Below, piece after piece: positions 1-11,939 of a DNA stretch of 64,000 nt. Under the pieces are notes generated by a model, which was given only the letters and a program-made list of their open reading frames with translations, was not told the origin of the DNA and made no database searches. The DNA comes from the human T2T-CHM13v2.0 reference genome, Homo sapiens. A program made the translations under genes and the position numbers. Every line of letters begins with the position of its first letter. Position 1 is the first letter of the stretch. The stretch lies in the NCBI RefSeq assembly GCF_009914755.1, contig NC_060936.1; one strand, 5' to 3'.

Positions 1-759
1 AGTTCTAGTTCTTAGCCACAGAGAGGACTGCAGTTACCAAGACAGGGAAGTTGAGCATTGAGCTGTCACCAGACACGTGCTATGCCCCCAGACAAATATT
101 TTATTGGAAACAGGATTCAAGTCTGTGCAGTGTGTTTCAGGAACTGTGAGAGTTACTTCTGTCCTATAGACCAGGCTCAGAGAAGGAGGGGGAAGGAGGA
201 GGGAGTTTCTTAAGGACTTGGAGACTGAGGTGGAAAGACAGACAATTGTGAAGTTGAGGTTTTGGAACTGAGAAAGAGAAACAGAAGGAAAAAACTGGCA
301 GCCTAGTCTGTTCTGTCCATTAGATGAGCATCCAGGCCCCCAGACTTTTGTCCAAGCTGGAAAGGGTTAACAGCACTGAAGGGTTAATGGCCCTCAGTGA
401 GGATGGGAGTCAGGAGGCCCCACCTCTAAGGCCAGCAGAGGGGTTTTCTCTGATGGGGGAGGGCAAGGCCCACTGCTCTCTGGTGAGCCCTGGGGACCCC
501 ACCTACCCAGCCCCTTCTGAAAAAGGTAGTTTTCCACTCTGGGGGTGGTGGGACCACCCTGGATGCCTGGGAGGGGTCGGAGGGCTGGGCAAGGTTGCTC
601 TAGAGCATTTTTCCTGGACCCCAGACTGGGATGGGAGGAGCTCGGAGCTGATGAGACCTGTGGCTGTTCCCCAACACTCAGGTGACGTCCAACTGCACAT
701 AGCTTCGTTCTGCGAAAGCTTCCATTTTGGGGGGTGAGAGACATGCAGTGGGGAGAGAC

Positions 760-845
760 ATGGGGAATGGAGGCCCAGAGAAGTTTAGTGACTGCCCAAA
801 GCCACACCGCAAGTCTTGAGCAGCTGATCTAATCTCCCAACTCCC
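760..845 (-). mobile_element. MIR fragment
   Basis: MIR core-like atgggga..tggaggcccagagaagtttagtgactgcccaaagccacac. Confidence 0.6.
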
Positions 846-979
846 AGAGAACTCCACCAGCCCCCATTTCACACACACAGACACAGGGGCTTCTGGTGGC
901 CTCACCCCTGGCCATCCCCCTAGCTGCATGGCCTACCTCTTCCCCTCCTACTCTGAACCTATCATGCAATTTAAAGACT

Positions 980-1248
980 CCACACCTTTGTTAGAACTGC
1001 CCCTTTGGCCAGAAATACCCTCTTGCTACCATGTGCCCAGCCACCAAGTAACCTCCTGGTCATCTTTCAAAATCTAGCTCAGATGTCCTGTCCTCCAGGC
1101 AGCCTTCCAGGATTGTTTCTTCTCTTCCCATCTACCTGATCATCCTTCTGCCAAGCATATCTGTACTTGGCCAACACATTCATGCTTTCTCAAATCACAC
1201 TGCTTTTTCGTTTCACCATGTGTGCATCTGTCTCTGCCCCCTGGACTG
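980..1248 (+). mobile_element. L2 3' fragment
   Basis: tcatctttcaaaatctagctcagatgtcctgtcctccaggcagccttcc...tctgtctctgccccctggactg resembles the L2 3' end. Confidence 0.55.
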
Positions 1249-1254
1249 CCACCG

Positions 1255-1333
1255 CCCACCAGGTCTCTCCCCCAACATTGGGAATTGCAATTCAACATGA
1301 GATTTGAGTGGGACACAGAGCCAAACCATATCA
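1255..1333 (-). mobile_element. MST/THE1-type MaLR LTR terminal fragment
   Basis: cccaccagg...aacattgggaattgcaattcaacatgagatttgagtgggacacagagccaaaccatatca is the typical MST LTR end. Confidence 0.8.
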
Positions 1334-1619
1334 AAATCCTTAGACCCAAGTCCTGGGGCACCTCCACAGCCACCAGTCTCTGGCTTTCTTTTTAAAGGAC
1401 CCCTTTTTCCCAGAAGAATCCATATGGAGCCCCAAAATACAAGGCGTACAGAAATGGACCTGCTTAGTTAAGGAAGACAGGGACAGTGGAGCCACTTCTT
1501 TCGACATGCTGGGTCCCCTGGGGTCATCCCAGGCTTCATCTGAGCACAGCTCAAAGTCTCCCAATTAATCCGACACCCGCTCTTCCCACCACCACCTGGG
1601 GTGTGGGGAAGACTTTTCA

Positions 1620-1678
1620 TTTTTACATAATTTCAAACTTACAAAAAAGTGGCAAGAATAGTACAAGAAACTCCATTA
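1620..1678 (-). mobile_element. old L1 (L1MC4-like) 3' fragment
   Basis: ataatttcaaacttacaaaaaagtggcaagaatagtacaagaaactcc. Confidence 0.55.
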
Positions 1679-1903
1679 TAGGGAGTTTATATTTATTAAA
1701 ATATATTTATTAAAGTATTTAAAATAATATTTTATTTATTAAAGTATTTTAAATAAATATTTTATGTAGTAGAATATTTTAAATAAATATTTTATTTAAT
1801 AAACTATTTTAAATTTATATTTATTAAAATATTTTAAATTTATATTCATTTATTAAAATATAAATAATTGGCAACTGAGGGTAAATATAAACTTAAGAAC
1901 TTC

Positions 1904-2278
1904 TTGTAAAATATATATTTTGTAAATTATATATTTTGTAAATATATATTTTGTAAATTATATATTTTGTAAATTATATATTTTGTAAATATATATTTTG
2001 TAAAATATATATTTTGTAAATATATATTTTGTAAAATATATATTTTGTAAATATATATTTTGTAAAATATATATTTTGTAAATATATATTTTGTAAAATA
2101 TATATTTTGTAAAATATATATTTTGTAAAATATATATTTTGTAAAATATATATTTTGTAAAATATATATTTTGTAAATATATATTTTGTAAAATATATAT
2201 TTTGTAAATATATATTTGTAAAATATATATTTTGTAAATATATATTTTGTAAAATATATATTTTGTAAATATATATTT
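1904..2278. repeat. AT-rich tandem repeat, 16-17 bp unit (ttttgtaaa[a]tatata[ta])
   Basis: More than 20 directly visible copies, preceded by AT low-complexity sequence from about 1685. Confidence 0.95.
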
Positions 2279-3271
2279 ACAACTATACATATTTTGTAAA
2301 ATATATATTTACAACTATACATATTTTGTAAAAATATATTTACAACTATACATATTTTGTAAAAATATATTTACAACTATACATATTTTGTAAAAATATA
2401 TTTACAACTATACATATTTTGTAAAAATATATTTACAACTATACATATTTTGTAAAAATATATTTACAACTATACATATTTTGTAAAAATATATTTACAA
2501 CTATACATAGTTTGTAAAAATATATTTACAACTATACATAGTTTGTAAAAATATATTTACAACTATACATAGTTTGTAAAAATATATTTACAACTATACA
2601 TAGTTTGTAAAAATATATTTACAACTATACATAGTTTGTAAAAATATATTTACAACTATACATAGTTTGTAAAAATATATTTACAACTATACATAGTTTG
2701 TAAAAATATATTTACAACTATACATAGTTTGTAAAAATATATTTACAACTATACATAGTTTGTAAAAATATATTTACAACTATACATAGTTTGTAAAAAT
2801 ATATTTACAACTATACATAGTTTGTAAAAATATATTTACAACTATACATAGTTTGTAAAAATATATTTACAACTATACATAGTTTGTAAAAATATATTTA
2901 CAACTATACATAGTTTGTAAAAATATATTTACAACTATACATAGTTTGTAAAAATATATTTACAACTATACATAGTTTGTAAAAATATATTTACAACTAT
3001 ACATAGTTTGTAAAAATATATTTACAACTATACATAGTTTGTAAAAATATATTTACAACTATACATAGTTTGTAAAAATATATTTACAACTATACATAGT
3101 TTGTAAAAATATATTTACAACTATACATAGTTTGTAAAAATATATTTACAACTATACATAGTTTGTAAAAATATATTTACAACTATACATAGTTTGTAAA
3201 AATATATTTACAACTATACATAGTTTGTAAAAATATATTTATAACTATACATAGTTTGTAAAAATATATTT
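2279..3271. repeat. 31-bp minisatellite/VNTR acaactatacata(t/g)tttgtaaaaatatattt, about 32 copies
   Basis: 7 'T' units from 2279 (the first is 32 bp), then 25 'G' units from 2497 at exact 31-bp spacing. Confidence 0.97.
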
Positions 3272-4694
3272 ATAACTACATATATTTTGTAAATATAAAT
3301 AATATGGTAAGTTTATATTTATAAATATAAATTATTTATATTTACCAAATAGAAACAATTTGCCAATTATTTGTATTCTATCCCATCGATTTCACCATTA
3401 TATCCTCTTTCTCCTTCCTCTTTCTCCCTCTCTATCTCCAACTTTCTACATATTTTATCCTGAAACACTCCCATTTTGCATATGGGTAAACTGAGGCCCC
3501 AGGAGTTGCTTGGTGCTCCTGACCCTGGCCCTGCCCCCATGGCCCCACACTTGGGGCCCAGAACCTGGAGCCCACCAGCTTGTTAAGGGCCTGCAGAGAT
3601 ATCTGAAACCTGTAATCATAAGCGAGTTGGCCCCAGAACACCAAAAGGAAACTGCGACATCAAAATTAATAAACGTCTGGTTCAACGTCTGCAATACATG
3701 AGTGAATCAGCTGCACCTCCACGGCCCTCCTGTCGTTGGAAATAGAAGAGCACAAGTCACGAGAACACGATGAATAATTTATTCTTCATAAAAGCCCAGA
3801 TTGTATGAACTATTTTAAAACCTTTCCAGATATTTTTATAAGAAACACGCATTTTGAGGTTCACCATGATGTGGGGTGGGGTCCCCAAATGTCAGAGATC
3901 CCAGAGCCTTCAAAGACTTTAAAACAAGCTCTCCTTGCCTCATATCTTGATCCTCACTTGAATCGGGCATAAGATGGAGGTTTTTCCATGTATTTTTACA
4001 ACGAGGCTGTATGTACCTTTTTATGTGGGTCATAAAAAAAAATAAAAAATTTTCAAAAACACGGAGCAACACGAGGAATTCGTCATAGCAACGGGGCTGC
4101 CTTTCCTATTTTTGAAAAGTAAGCTTCCCCCTCCTCCTCTTAGTACAGAAAGTTTATTTTCCTGTGGGAGCCTCTGACTCAGGACTCAGGCTGCTGCCAC
4201 TGCAGAGAGATGGGAGAAGTGGGGGCGCTGGCCCTGGGCCTGGGTGGGTGAGGCCCAGGGACTGAGTTTATTTGCTCAGGGGTCCCAGGCCTCAGATCCC
4301 TCTACTGGCATCTGAGCTAGGAACCTGACGCCCGGGGAATTCTGGTCACCACCTGGGCCTCCTGCTCTGCTCATCCACGCACCCCACCACCCAGGCCGGC
4401 CTCCTTAGAAAGCCCTCACCTTATAGTGGCACAGCTACCAGAGTTGTACCAGTTCTGTAAATATTAAAATATTTCCTGATCAGTTGGTTAAACCGCAGTT
4501 ACACAGGATAGTCTCCTGGGACCAACCCATGATCCAGGAAAAAAAGGGGTATCGCTTGTTAGCTAGGAGCCCAGGGTCCTCATGTGAGGCTACGTTGTTA
4601 TTAGTCAGGGCCCAAGCCCTATCAGATGATAAATGGGATATTATTGTAGCGTGTGTGGGCTTCAAAATAGCAACTGGGGGAGGTAGAGGGCACA

Positions 4695-5240
4695 GTGTAG
4701 GTTTGAATCCTGCCCTCATACTTGACAGCTATGTGACCTAAGGCAAGTGGCTTAACCTCTCTGTGCCTCAGTTCCCTGATGGGCGTAATAATAGTAATAG
4801 CAGGTTGTGGTGGGGATGATTTGTGTTAATCAGTATGCCTTCATCCATTTGGGCTTCTGTAACAAAATATCATAACTGGGTTGCTTACAAACAACAAACA
4901 TTTATTGCTCACAGTTCTAGAGGCTGGGAAGTCCAAGGTCAAGACACTGGCAGATTCAGAGTCTGGTGAGGGTCCTTCCTCATAGCCATCTTTTCACTGT
5001 AACTTCATGTCAGAGTAGGGGAGGTCCTCTCTGGGGTCTCTTGTAAGGGCACTAATCCTAATCAAGACAACACAATCACCTCCCAAAAGTCCTCACCTCC
5101 TAATACCCTCACCTTGGGGGTAAGGATTTTAACATATGAATTTTTGGAGGGACACACAACATTCAGACATTAGCACTGTAGGAGGCACTTAGCATAGTTC
5201 TCAGCACATAGAAGACTCTCAAGAAATGTTCTCATTATGT
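4695..5240 (+). mobile_element. MIR split by an MLT1A LTR
   Basis: MIR core (gtgacctaaggcaagtggcttaacctctctgtgcctcagtt) runs to about 4833 and resumes at 5177 (gcacttagcatagttctcagcacatag). Confidence 0.7.
4834..5176 (-). mobile_element. MLT1A/MLT1A0-like MaLR solo LTR
   Basis: tttattgctcacagttctagaggctgggaagtccaaggtcaag ... aacatatgaatttttggagggacac..cattcagacattagca. Confidence 0.8.
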
Positions 5241-5349
5241 ATTATTAGTTGATACTTGTAATAATTTAATAACAATATCATTATGTCTCTAACCTCCCAT
5301 CCTTCATAATACTTTTTGTAACCATTTCTTAGGAACAAAGCAATGAAAT

Positions 5350-5460
5350 CAGAATCTCTGCTCCATCAGTTACTAGCGGCGTGGCCTTGGGCAAGTTATG
5401 AAACCTCTCTGAAACTGATTCATCTTCTGTGAAATGGGGATAATACCATAAACACATAGC
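5350..5460 (+). mobile_element. MIR fragment
   Basis: gtggccttgggcaagttatgaaacctctctga...catcttctgtgaaatggggataata. Confidence 0.7.
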
Positions 5461-5513
5461 TCAGCTCCTGGCTCACGGTGAGTGTTCATTCCTAAAAAGT
5501 ATTATAATATTAT

Positions 5514-5739
5514 CAGGGGTAGGAAAACTATAGCCCAAGAGCCAGATTTGGCCCACTGCCTGTTCTTGTAAGGGAAGTTTTATTGGAACCCACAACCATG
5601 CCCATTCATTTATGCATTGTCTGTGGCCGTTTCCACACTGCAACCGTGGGCTGAGAAGTTGCAACAACAGACTGCATGGTTCACAAAATCCTCAAATATT
5701 TACTCTCTGGTCCTTTAAGAAAAAGTTTGCCAACACTTG
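5514..5739 (+). mobile_element. MER58A (hAT-Charlie MITE)
   Basis: caggggt..aaacta..gcccaagagccagatttggcccactgcctgtt ... aaatatttactctctggtccttta..aaaagtttgccaacacttg. Confidence 0.85.
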
Positions 5740-6694
5740 ATTTTGATTATTGTAAGCTTCTTTAATAGCAATAATTGCAGTACATACTACATTTCAGTTC
5801 CCTCAGTGGACTACACAAGGTAAGGTTTGCTTTCTAGGGACTACCAGTGACCCATGATTGTCCTGCAATGATTCAAACCCCTCCTCAAATTGTTCACCAT
5901 AGTGTATGGGGAAAGAGTCCAGAGCTTTTCAAAGGAGGCTGTGACCGATGAGAAGCCCATAATCACAGGAACATAAGCATCTGAGGAGCTGGCCCATGCT
6001 GAAATCGACACCTCCTCCATTTTCCCAGGCTTACCTGTTCTCGGACAGTCCCACTCCAAGACACCCAGGGTTCATAAATAAGGTTTTGTTTTGTGCTCCT
6101 TTAGTGCCTGCTCTGCAGCAGCTGGCTGCCTCCTGGTCCATACATTAACCACATTCCTTTTGTGTGATGTTGAGGAGAGAGAAAGGAAATGGGAGCCCCA
6201 AGAAGTTACCTAGCATTCAGCAAAAGAAACCTGTGAATCACACACGCCAAAAAGATGTCACTCGCCCCAGAAATCACTCACCCCAGAAAGATTCCTATAT
6301 CTGCTCAGATGCATTCCTTCAGGACGCAGGTGAGAGAATCTCCTCTTTCTCCTTGGTTTAATAGGATTTTGGTTGTGTGATGTAGAAAACACCACAAAGT
6401 GTCACCACAGACCTTCCAGATGTTGAAGATGTTTGTGGCTACACTTGTTGGCTTTGTTGCACACCCACAGATGTCCCCCCTTGGTTTCCACCAGTCTAGG
6501 TGTATTTGTTCCTAAACCCTTAATTGGGCCCTGATGTCATCTAAAAGACCAGGCTGGACTCAGTCACCTGCAACACCCGTCTTCATTGGAGGTTCCCAAG
6601 GCTGGTGTGATCCAGGCATGCTGACACCACAAGGGCCCCACTGCCTGCATGCCTCTCTCCTGCTCATTTCATCCTTGATTCTTCCTGGCCCGCT

Positions 6695-6885
6695 GTTTTT
6701 GTCTTTTCTTTCTTTCTTTGTATTTATTTATTTATTTTACTTTTTTAAAAAATCAGATTCATTTTTTTAGACACGGAGTCTGGCCATGTTGCCCAGGTTG
6801 GTCCCAAACTCCTGGTCTTAAGCGATCCTTCCACTTCAGCCTCCCAAAGCACTGGGATGACAGGCATGAGCCACTGTGCCCAGCC
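6695..6885 (-). mobile_element. FLAM/AluJ monomer with degenerate A-tail
   Basis: Antisense Alu left arm at 6762-6885 with a T-rich tail upstream. Confidence 0.85.
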
Positions 6886-7789
6886 CTGGCACACCGTGGA
6901 TGAGAGCCAGAGCTCAGATGATCTCATGAGATCCATCAACTATTTCTGAGAGAGCCTAGGTCAGGTGTGAACAGGAGTCCATCCCCAGATTGCAGGCTTC
7001 ATGAGGGCAGGGAGCATGCCTGTAGAGCTGCCTGCTGAAGCTGCAGCACCCCAAATATCCCATGCATACAGCCTAGGCACCCATGTTCAAATACCAAAGC
7101 CCACAAATCCTGCAGTAGGAGGAAGAAAATCTTTGATTAGGAATCAAACTTCAAGGTGTTTTATAATAATAATGACACAAATAAGACACCATATTTTTTG
7201 TTCATTTATTGGAATACAACAATGATTCTGAACCTGGAAATCTTCGTATGACCTTCAAGAAGACTCCCTAATAAATCTATTGATCATCTTCAAGGAGGCC
7301 ATAAACACATAAAATTATGCACATATGTCTGTGTGGGCACGAGCTTTTCTGGGGAGGAGGTCCAAAATTTTCATCAGATTCTCAAAAGGATCCCAGAACC
7401 TCTAGTGGTTATAAGCATAAAACCACAAGTCTGATTCATATTCATGTACCTATTTCCTGGCACTGTGGCTGGCACATGACAGGTGCTCACAGAATGTTTG
7501 CTGAATCAATGAATCAATCAACTGATGACAGCTGAAAGCAGCAAACTGCCTGATAGGAGATTTCCTGGATGGTCAAACCTCACTAATCCAGAATTTTAGG
7601 CAACTTGAATGAACTCTTGTCAGAATATCTTTTGTCACTAGGGAAAAAAAGAGATAAACTAATGGTGCAAACAAGAATGAGTGGTGACTGATGCTGAAGG
7701 GTGCCTACTTGTCAGTAAGCGTTTGCAGAATTGCCATTTAGTGCCCTGTTTGTTGAAGCAGGCTCCCCAAGGAACTTTATAAAGTTTGG

Positions 7790-8770
7790 GGAGAATGTGA
7801 TGAAATCAGAACCCTCATACTCTACTAGAGGGAATGCAAAATTGTGCAGCCACCTTGAAAAACAGTATGGTAGTTCCTTAGAAAAACCAAAGAGTTACCT
7901 TATGACCCAGCAATTCCATTCCTGGGGAAAATTAAACTATATATCCACACAAAACCTTGTACACCAATGTTCATAGCAGCATCATTCATAATAGCCAAAA
8001 AGTAGAAACAACCCAAATGTCTATCAACTAATGAAAGGATAAACAAAATGTGCTATATGCACACAATGGAATTTATTCCAACATAATAGGACTGAAGTAC
8101 TGATCCTTGCTACAACACGGATGAACCTTGAAAATATTACATTAAATGAAGGAAGCCAGACACAAAAGGCCACATGTTTAATGATTCCATTTCTATGAAA
8201 TGTCAGGAACAGGCAAGTTTATAGAGACAGAAAGTAGATCAGTGGTTGCCTTGGACTGTGGGAGGGAGATTGGAGAGAAATGGGGAGTGGCTGCAATGCA
8301 TACAGGTTTTTTTCTTCTTCTTCTTTAGAGACAGGGTCTTGCTCTGTCACCCAGGCTGGAGTGCAGTGGTGCTGTCTTGGCTCACGGCAACCTCTGCCTC
8401 CTGGATTCAAGTGATTCTCCTGTCTCAGCCTCCTGAGTAGCTGGGATTACAGGCATGCACCAACATGCCCAGTTAATTTTTTATGGATTTTTAGTAGAGC
8501 TAGAGTTTTACCATGTGGGCCAGGCTGATCTCAAACTCCTGACCTCAAGTGATCCACCCACCTTGGTCTCTCAAAGTGCTGGGATTACAGGTGTGAGCCA
8601 CTGTGCCCAGTCACACACAGGGTTTCATTTGGGGGTTTTTTGAGGAAAAGAAATGTTCTAAAGTTGATTGTGGTAGTGGTTGCACAACTGTGTGAACATA
8701 CTAAAAACCACTGAAATGTACACTTTAAATGGATGAATTGTATACCATGTGAATTGTATATAAATAAAAC
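7790..8770 (+). mobile_element. L1MB-type 3' end, interrupted by an Alu
   Basis: tatgacccagcaattcca..., aatgttcatagcagcatcattcataatagccaaaaag, and 3' UTR ttgcacaactgtgtgaacatactaaaaaccactgaa. Confidence 0.85.
8307..8612 (-). mobile_element. AluS (Sx/Sz-like)
   Basis: Full dimeric antisense Alu inside the L1MB element. Confidence 0.95.
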
Positions 8771-8917
8771 TATTATGTATTATCATTTAATATGTTATAT
8801 AATTTAATATGTTATATAGAAGTATATGTATGTTAAAAATATAACTATATATGTTAAATATATAATATTACATTGTATATTTACATCGTACATATTAAGT
8901 ACATGGTGCCTGGTGAT

Positions 8918-9335
8918 TGTGTTAGTCCATTTTGTGTTGCTATAAAGGAATACCTGAGGCTGGGTAATATATAAAGAAAAGAGGTTTATTTGGCTCGTGG
9001 TTCTGCAGGCTGTACAGGAAGCAAGTTACAGCATCTGCCCAGCTTCTGGTAAGGCCTCAGGAAGCTTTTGGTCATGGCAGAAAGGAAGGGGAGCTAGTAT
9101 GTCACACAGCAAGAGAAGAAGTGAGAGAGAAGGGAGAGATGCCACACTCTTTTAAACAACCAGCTCTCGCATGAACTAATAGTGAGAATTCACTCTTTAC
9201 CCCAAGGACAGCATCAAGCTATTCATGAGGGATCTGCTTCCATGACCCAAACACCTCCCTCTAGGTCTCACCTCCAACACTGGAAGTCACACTTCAACAT
9301 GAGATTTGGACGGGACAAACATCCAAACTGTATCA
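8918..9335 (-). mobile_element. MSTB-like MaLR solo LTR
   Basis: tgtgttagtccattttgtgttgctataaaggaatacctgaggctgggt ... gagatttggacgggacaaacatccaaactgtatca. Confidence 0.9.
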
Positions 9336-9603
9336 GTTAGAGAGAGAAAGAGAGAGAGAAATACTTATCCTACCTACCCACCAAATGAATGAATGCATAG
9401 CTCTGCAGGTCTCTGGTGAAGCCCAAGACACTAATGCATTTTTCAATGAAGCCTCATAATTTCTTTTACAAAATTCGGGCACATTCTGCCTTCTATTTCA
9501 AAATGTGGCCATGTTAATTTTAATATAAAAAATATTTTTTTCTCCAAATTCATGAATAAAATTTGTGCTCTAAGAAGAAAAAATAAAGCATGTATAAAGC
9601 TCG

Positions 9604-9652
9604 TGTGTGTGTGTGTGTGTGTGTGTCTGTGTGTGTGTGTGTGTGTGTGTGT
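9604..9652. repeat. (TG)n microsatellite, about 24 units, one interruption
   Basis: Directly visible. Confidence 0.97.
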
Positions 9653-10134
9653 ATGCAGAGAAAAATGACTGGAAGGAAATGTGCCAAGATATTAGCAGTG
9701 GTTATCTCTATCTGGGTAGTGGGACTACAGTTGGTTTTTTCTTCTTCTTCTTGATACTTTTTTCCTTTCCCATGGTCTTAATGCATGTTTCATAATATTA
9801 AAGAATAAACATTGTTTAGTTCAACAGTTGAGGTCCCAGAGGGAAACATCAGGCAATGTCCTTCTGGAGACCACTTGGCACAGCCCTCACTGTGATGCAC
9901 ACACCCTGACCTCATGCCCCAGGCATCAAAACTGAGCCCTATGCGGGACGTGTGTGCACACAAGGAAGCTTCCAGCATTCCCTGCTTTCTGCAGGTGCTG
10001 GTAGAGAAAGTGGATTTATTCCCAGAGAGGAGATAAAGCCAGAGCCTTTGCAATATTCTGAAGAAAGAAAAAGCAAATGGTCATTATATGACAACAGCTA
10101 GAGGAGGCACATAAGGGCTGGGCATGACATGGGG

Positions 10135-10295
10135 GACAGAGCTCTGGACTGGACATTAAAAGACATGGGTTCAAGCCTCTGATTTGCTTCCAACCAGCTG
10201 ATGACCATAGTCAAGTCACTTCCTCTCTCCATGCTTCAGATTTCCCCTCTATTAAACAAGGGAATTGGGTCCTTCTGATGGTTTACAATTCTGTG
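10135..10295 (+). mobile_element. MIR/MIR3 fragment
   Basis: gctctggactgg..agacatgggttcaagcc...caagtcacttcctctctc. Confidence 0.6.
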
Positions 10296-10866
10296 GATTT
10301 ACATCTGCTGTCCTCGTTTCCACCATTCATGTAAAAAAGAGTAGGGATCCCCTCATATTGACTGCCCAGCACAGCCCTTGTTCCCCAGGAATCTCAAGAA
10401 CCATTCTGCCCCAAAAGGCAGTCTCTAAATTGACACATGCCTCTTTTCCACCCACCTAATTGGAGAAGACATTCTTAAGAAGGCAGCATGAGCAGACACT
10501 ATTCCCCACCCTTTGTACCCCCAAACTTCCTCAAATGTGATGATATGTATTGAGCGTGGACTAAGTGCCAGGCCCTAGTGCTATTCAGTGAATAAGACAG
10601 ACACTGCCCTGCTCACTCAGAGCTCACAGGATCCACAATGACCACCAATTAAGGACCACCTGCCTTGTGAGAGGGGGATTCACATGCAACAACTTCTTAT
10701 AGGCCTTACATCAACCCCATGTGGCTGATACTACCATTCACATTTTACAGCATAGAAAATGTAGCCTTAAAGAAGTGAAGTGCTTTGTGCCAGATCAGGG
10801 AGCGAACGTGGTAAGGCCAGGGTTCTGACCCTGATCAGTTACACTTCAAAGGCACCTGTGATTTGT

Positions 10867-11589
10867 CAGTGGTTCTTAACTTCACAGGCCAGGCTGAACA
10901 AAGGACTTCAAAATGAGGTGGGTCTTGAAGTCTCCGTCTGATCTCCACCCTTTTGATCTGGTTATAAAAAATAACTGGAGAAAAGCAAAATAAATTGCAA
11001 TAAACTTGATGCCAAAACATAAAACTTGCTATTGATTTTATAAGAGCAAGCTATGAGCTCAGACAAATCAATTTGTATTATAAAACAATAGCCTATAACA
11101 TAGACAAGACACTAAATAAATATTGAATCACAACATGAGAAAGTTGCTTTTTCGATTCTTTTTCTGTCCTTCTAATTATACCAGGGAAAGTCTCAATTTG
11201 GTGCTACCAGGTCTTTAACACCTTCTTCAACATTTGCCAATCTCCCTTTATAACAAAGAAAGAGCAGGCCTCAAGCTCAAAGCCTTGGGCAGGCAACAGT
11301 ATCAACCAAACATTAATAACCGTGTTTTATTTTGATTGTTTATGTAGGGGTGGTATTTTATGGTCACTTTCTATTTGAGGAAATTGATATTGGTTTTCTA
11401 TTTACTGTGGTCATGTAAATTTCCCTTTTGAGCTACATTTACTGATATTTTTAATGAGTACATTCACTGACATTTTTAATGAGTAGATTTAAAGGACAAT
11501 ATTAAATTCACGACACCATAGAAATGGTATACAAGCAGGGCAAAAATAAAAACGGTGGCACTGGGATGGCTGAAGCTTGAGGAATGCTG
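10867..11589 (-). mobile_element. hAT-Charlie DNA transposon remnant (Charlie4a-like)
   Basis: TIR-like ends (cagtggttcttaac ... gcttgaggaatgctg) and internal aaagtctcaatttggtgcta..gtctttaacacct...caggcaacagtatc. Confidence 0.6.
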
Positions 11590-11939
11590 TCCCATGAAAT
11601 TAAAAATAACCCAGCCATGTAATTATATTGTCCTGAAGGTAGATTGCAAGTTACCTAAATAGCACAGATCCACTATAGCCCATCATTATTAAAGCAAATT
11701 TTTGAAGGCTTACGTAGCAGTTACTTTAGCAACAGAGGTATAACAGAATCATATTCGAGCCACAAGACATATGTGCCTGAAAGTCTAATTACTGGAAAAT
11801 TATAGGCCTCAGAAATACAGCTATGCCTCACTGCATGCTGCAGGGCTGGCTGAGTAGCTCATGGTAATTGGATAAACCACATCTACATAGAGGTTGTGTG
11901 GAAAGGAATAACCCTTCCCCCAACACCCTCAACAACCTC

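Noticed and set aside
324-807. Overlapping 137-aa ORFs on both strands
   Set aside because: GC-rich chance ORFs with no recognisable homology.
1927-2322. KYIF/QNIY-repeat ORFs
   Set aside because: These are translations of the AT tandem repeat.
2279-3271. CRISPR-like array of palindromic 31-bp repeats
   Set aside because: The units are head-to-tail with no unique spacers, there are no cas genes, and the context is primate DNA. It is a minisatellite.
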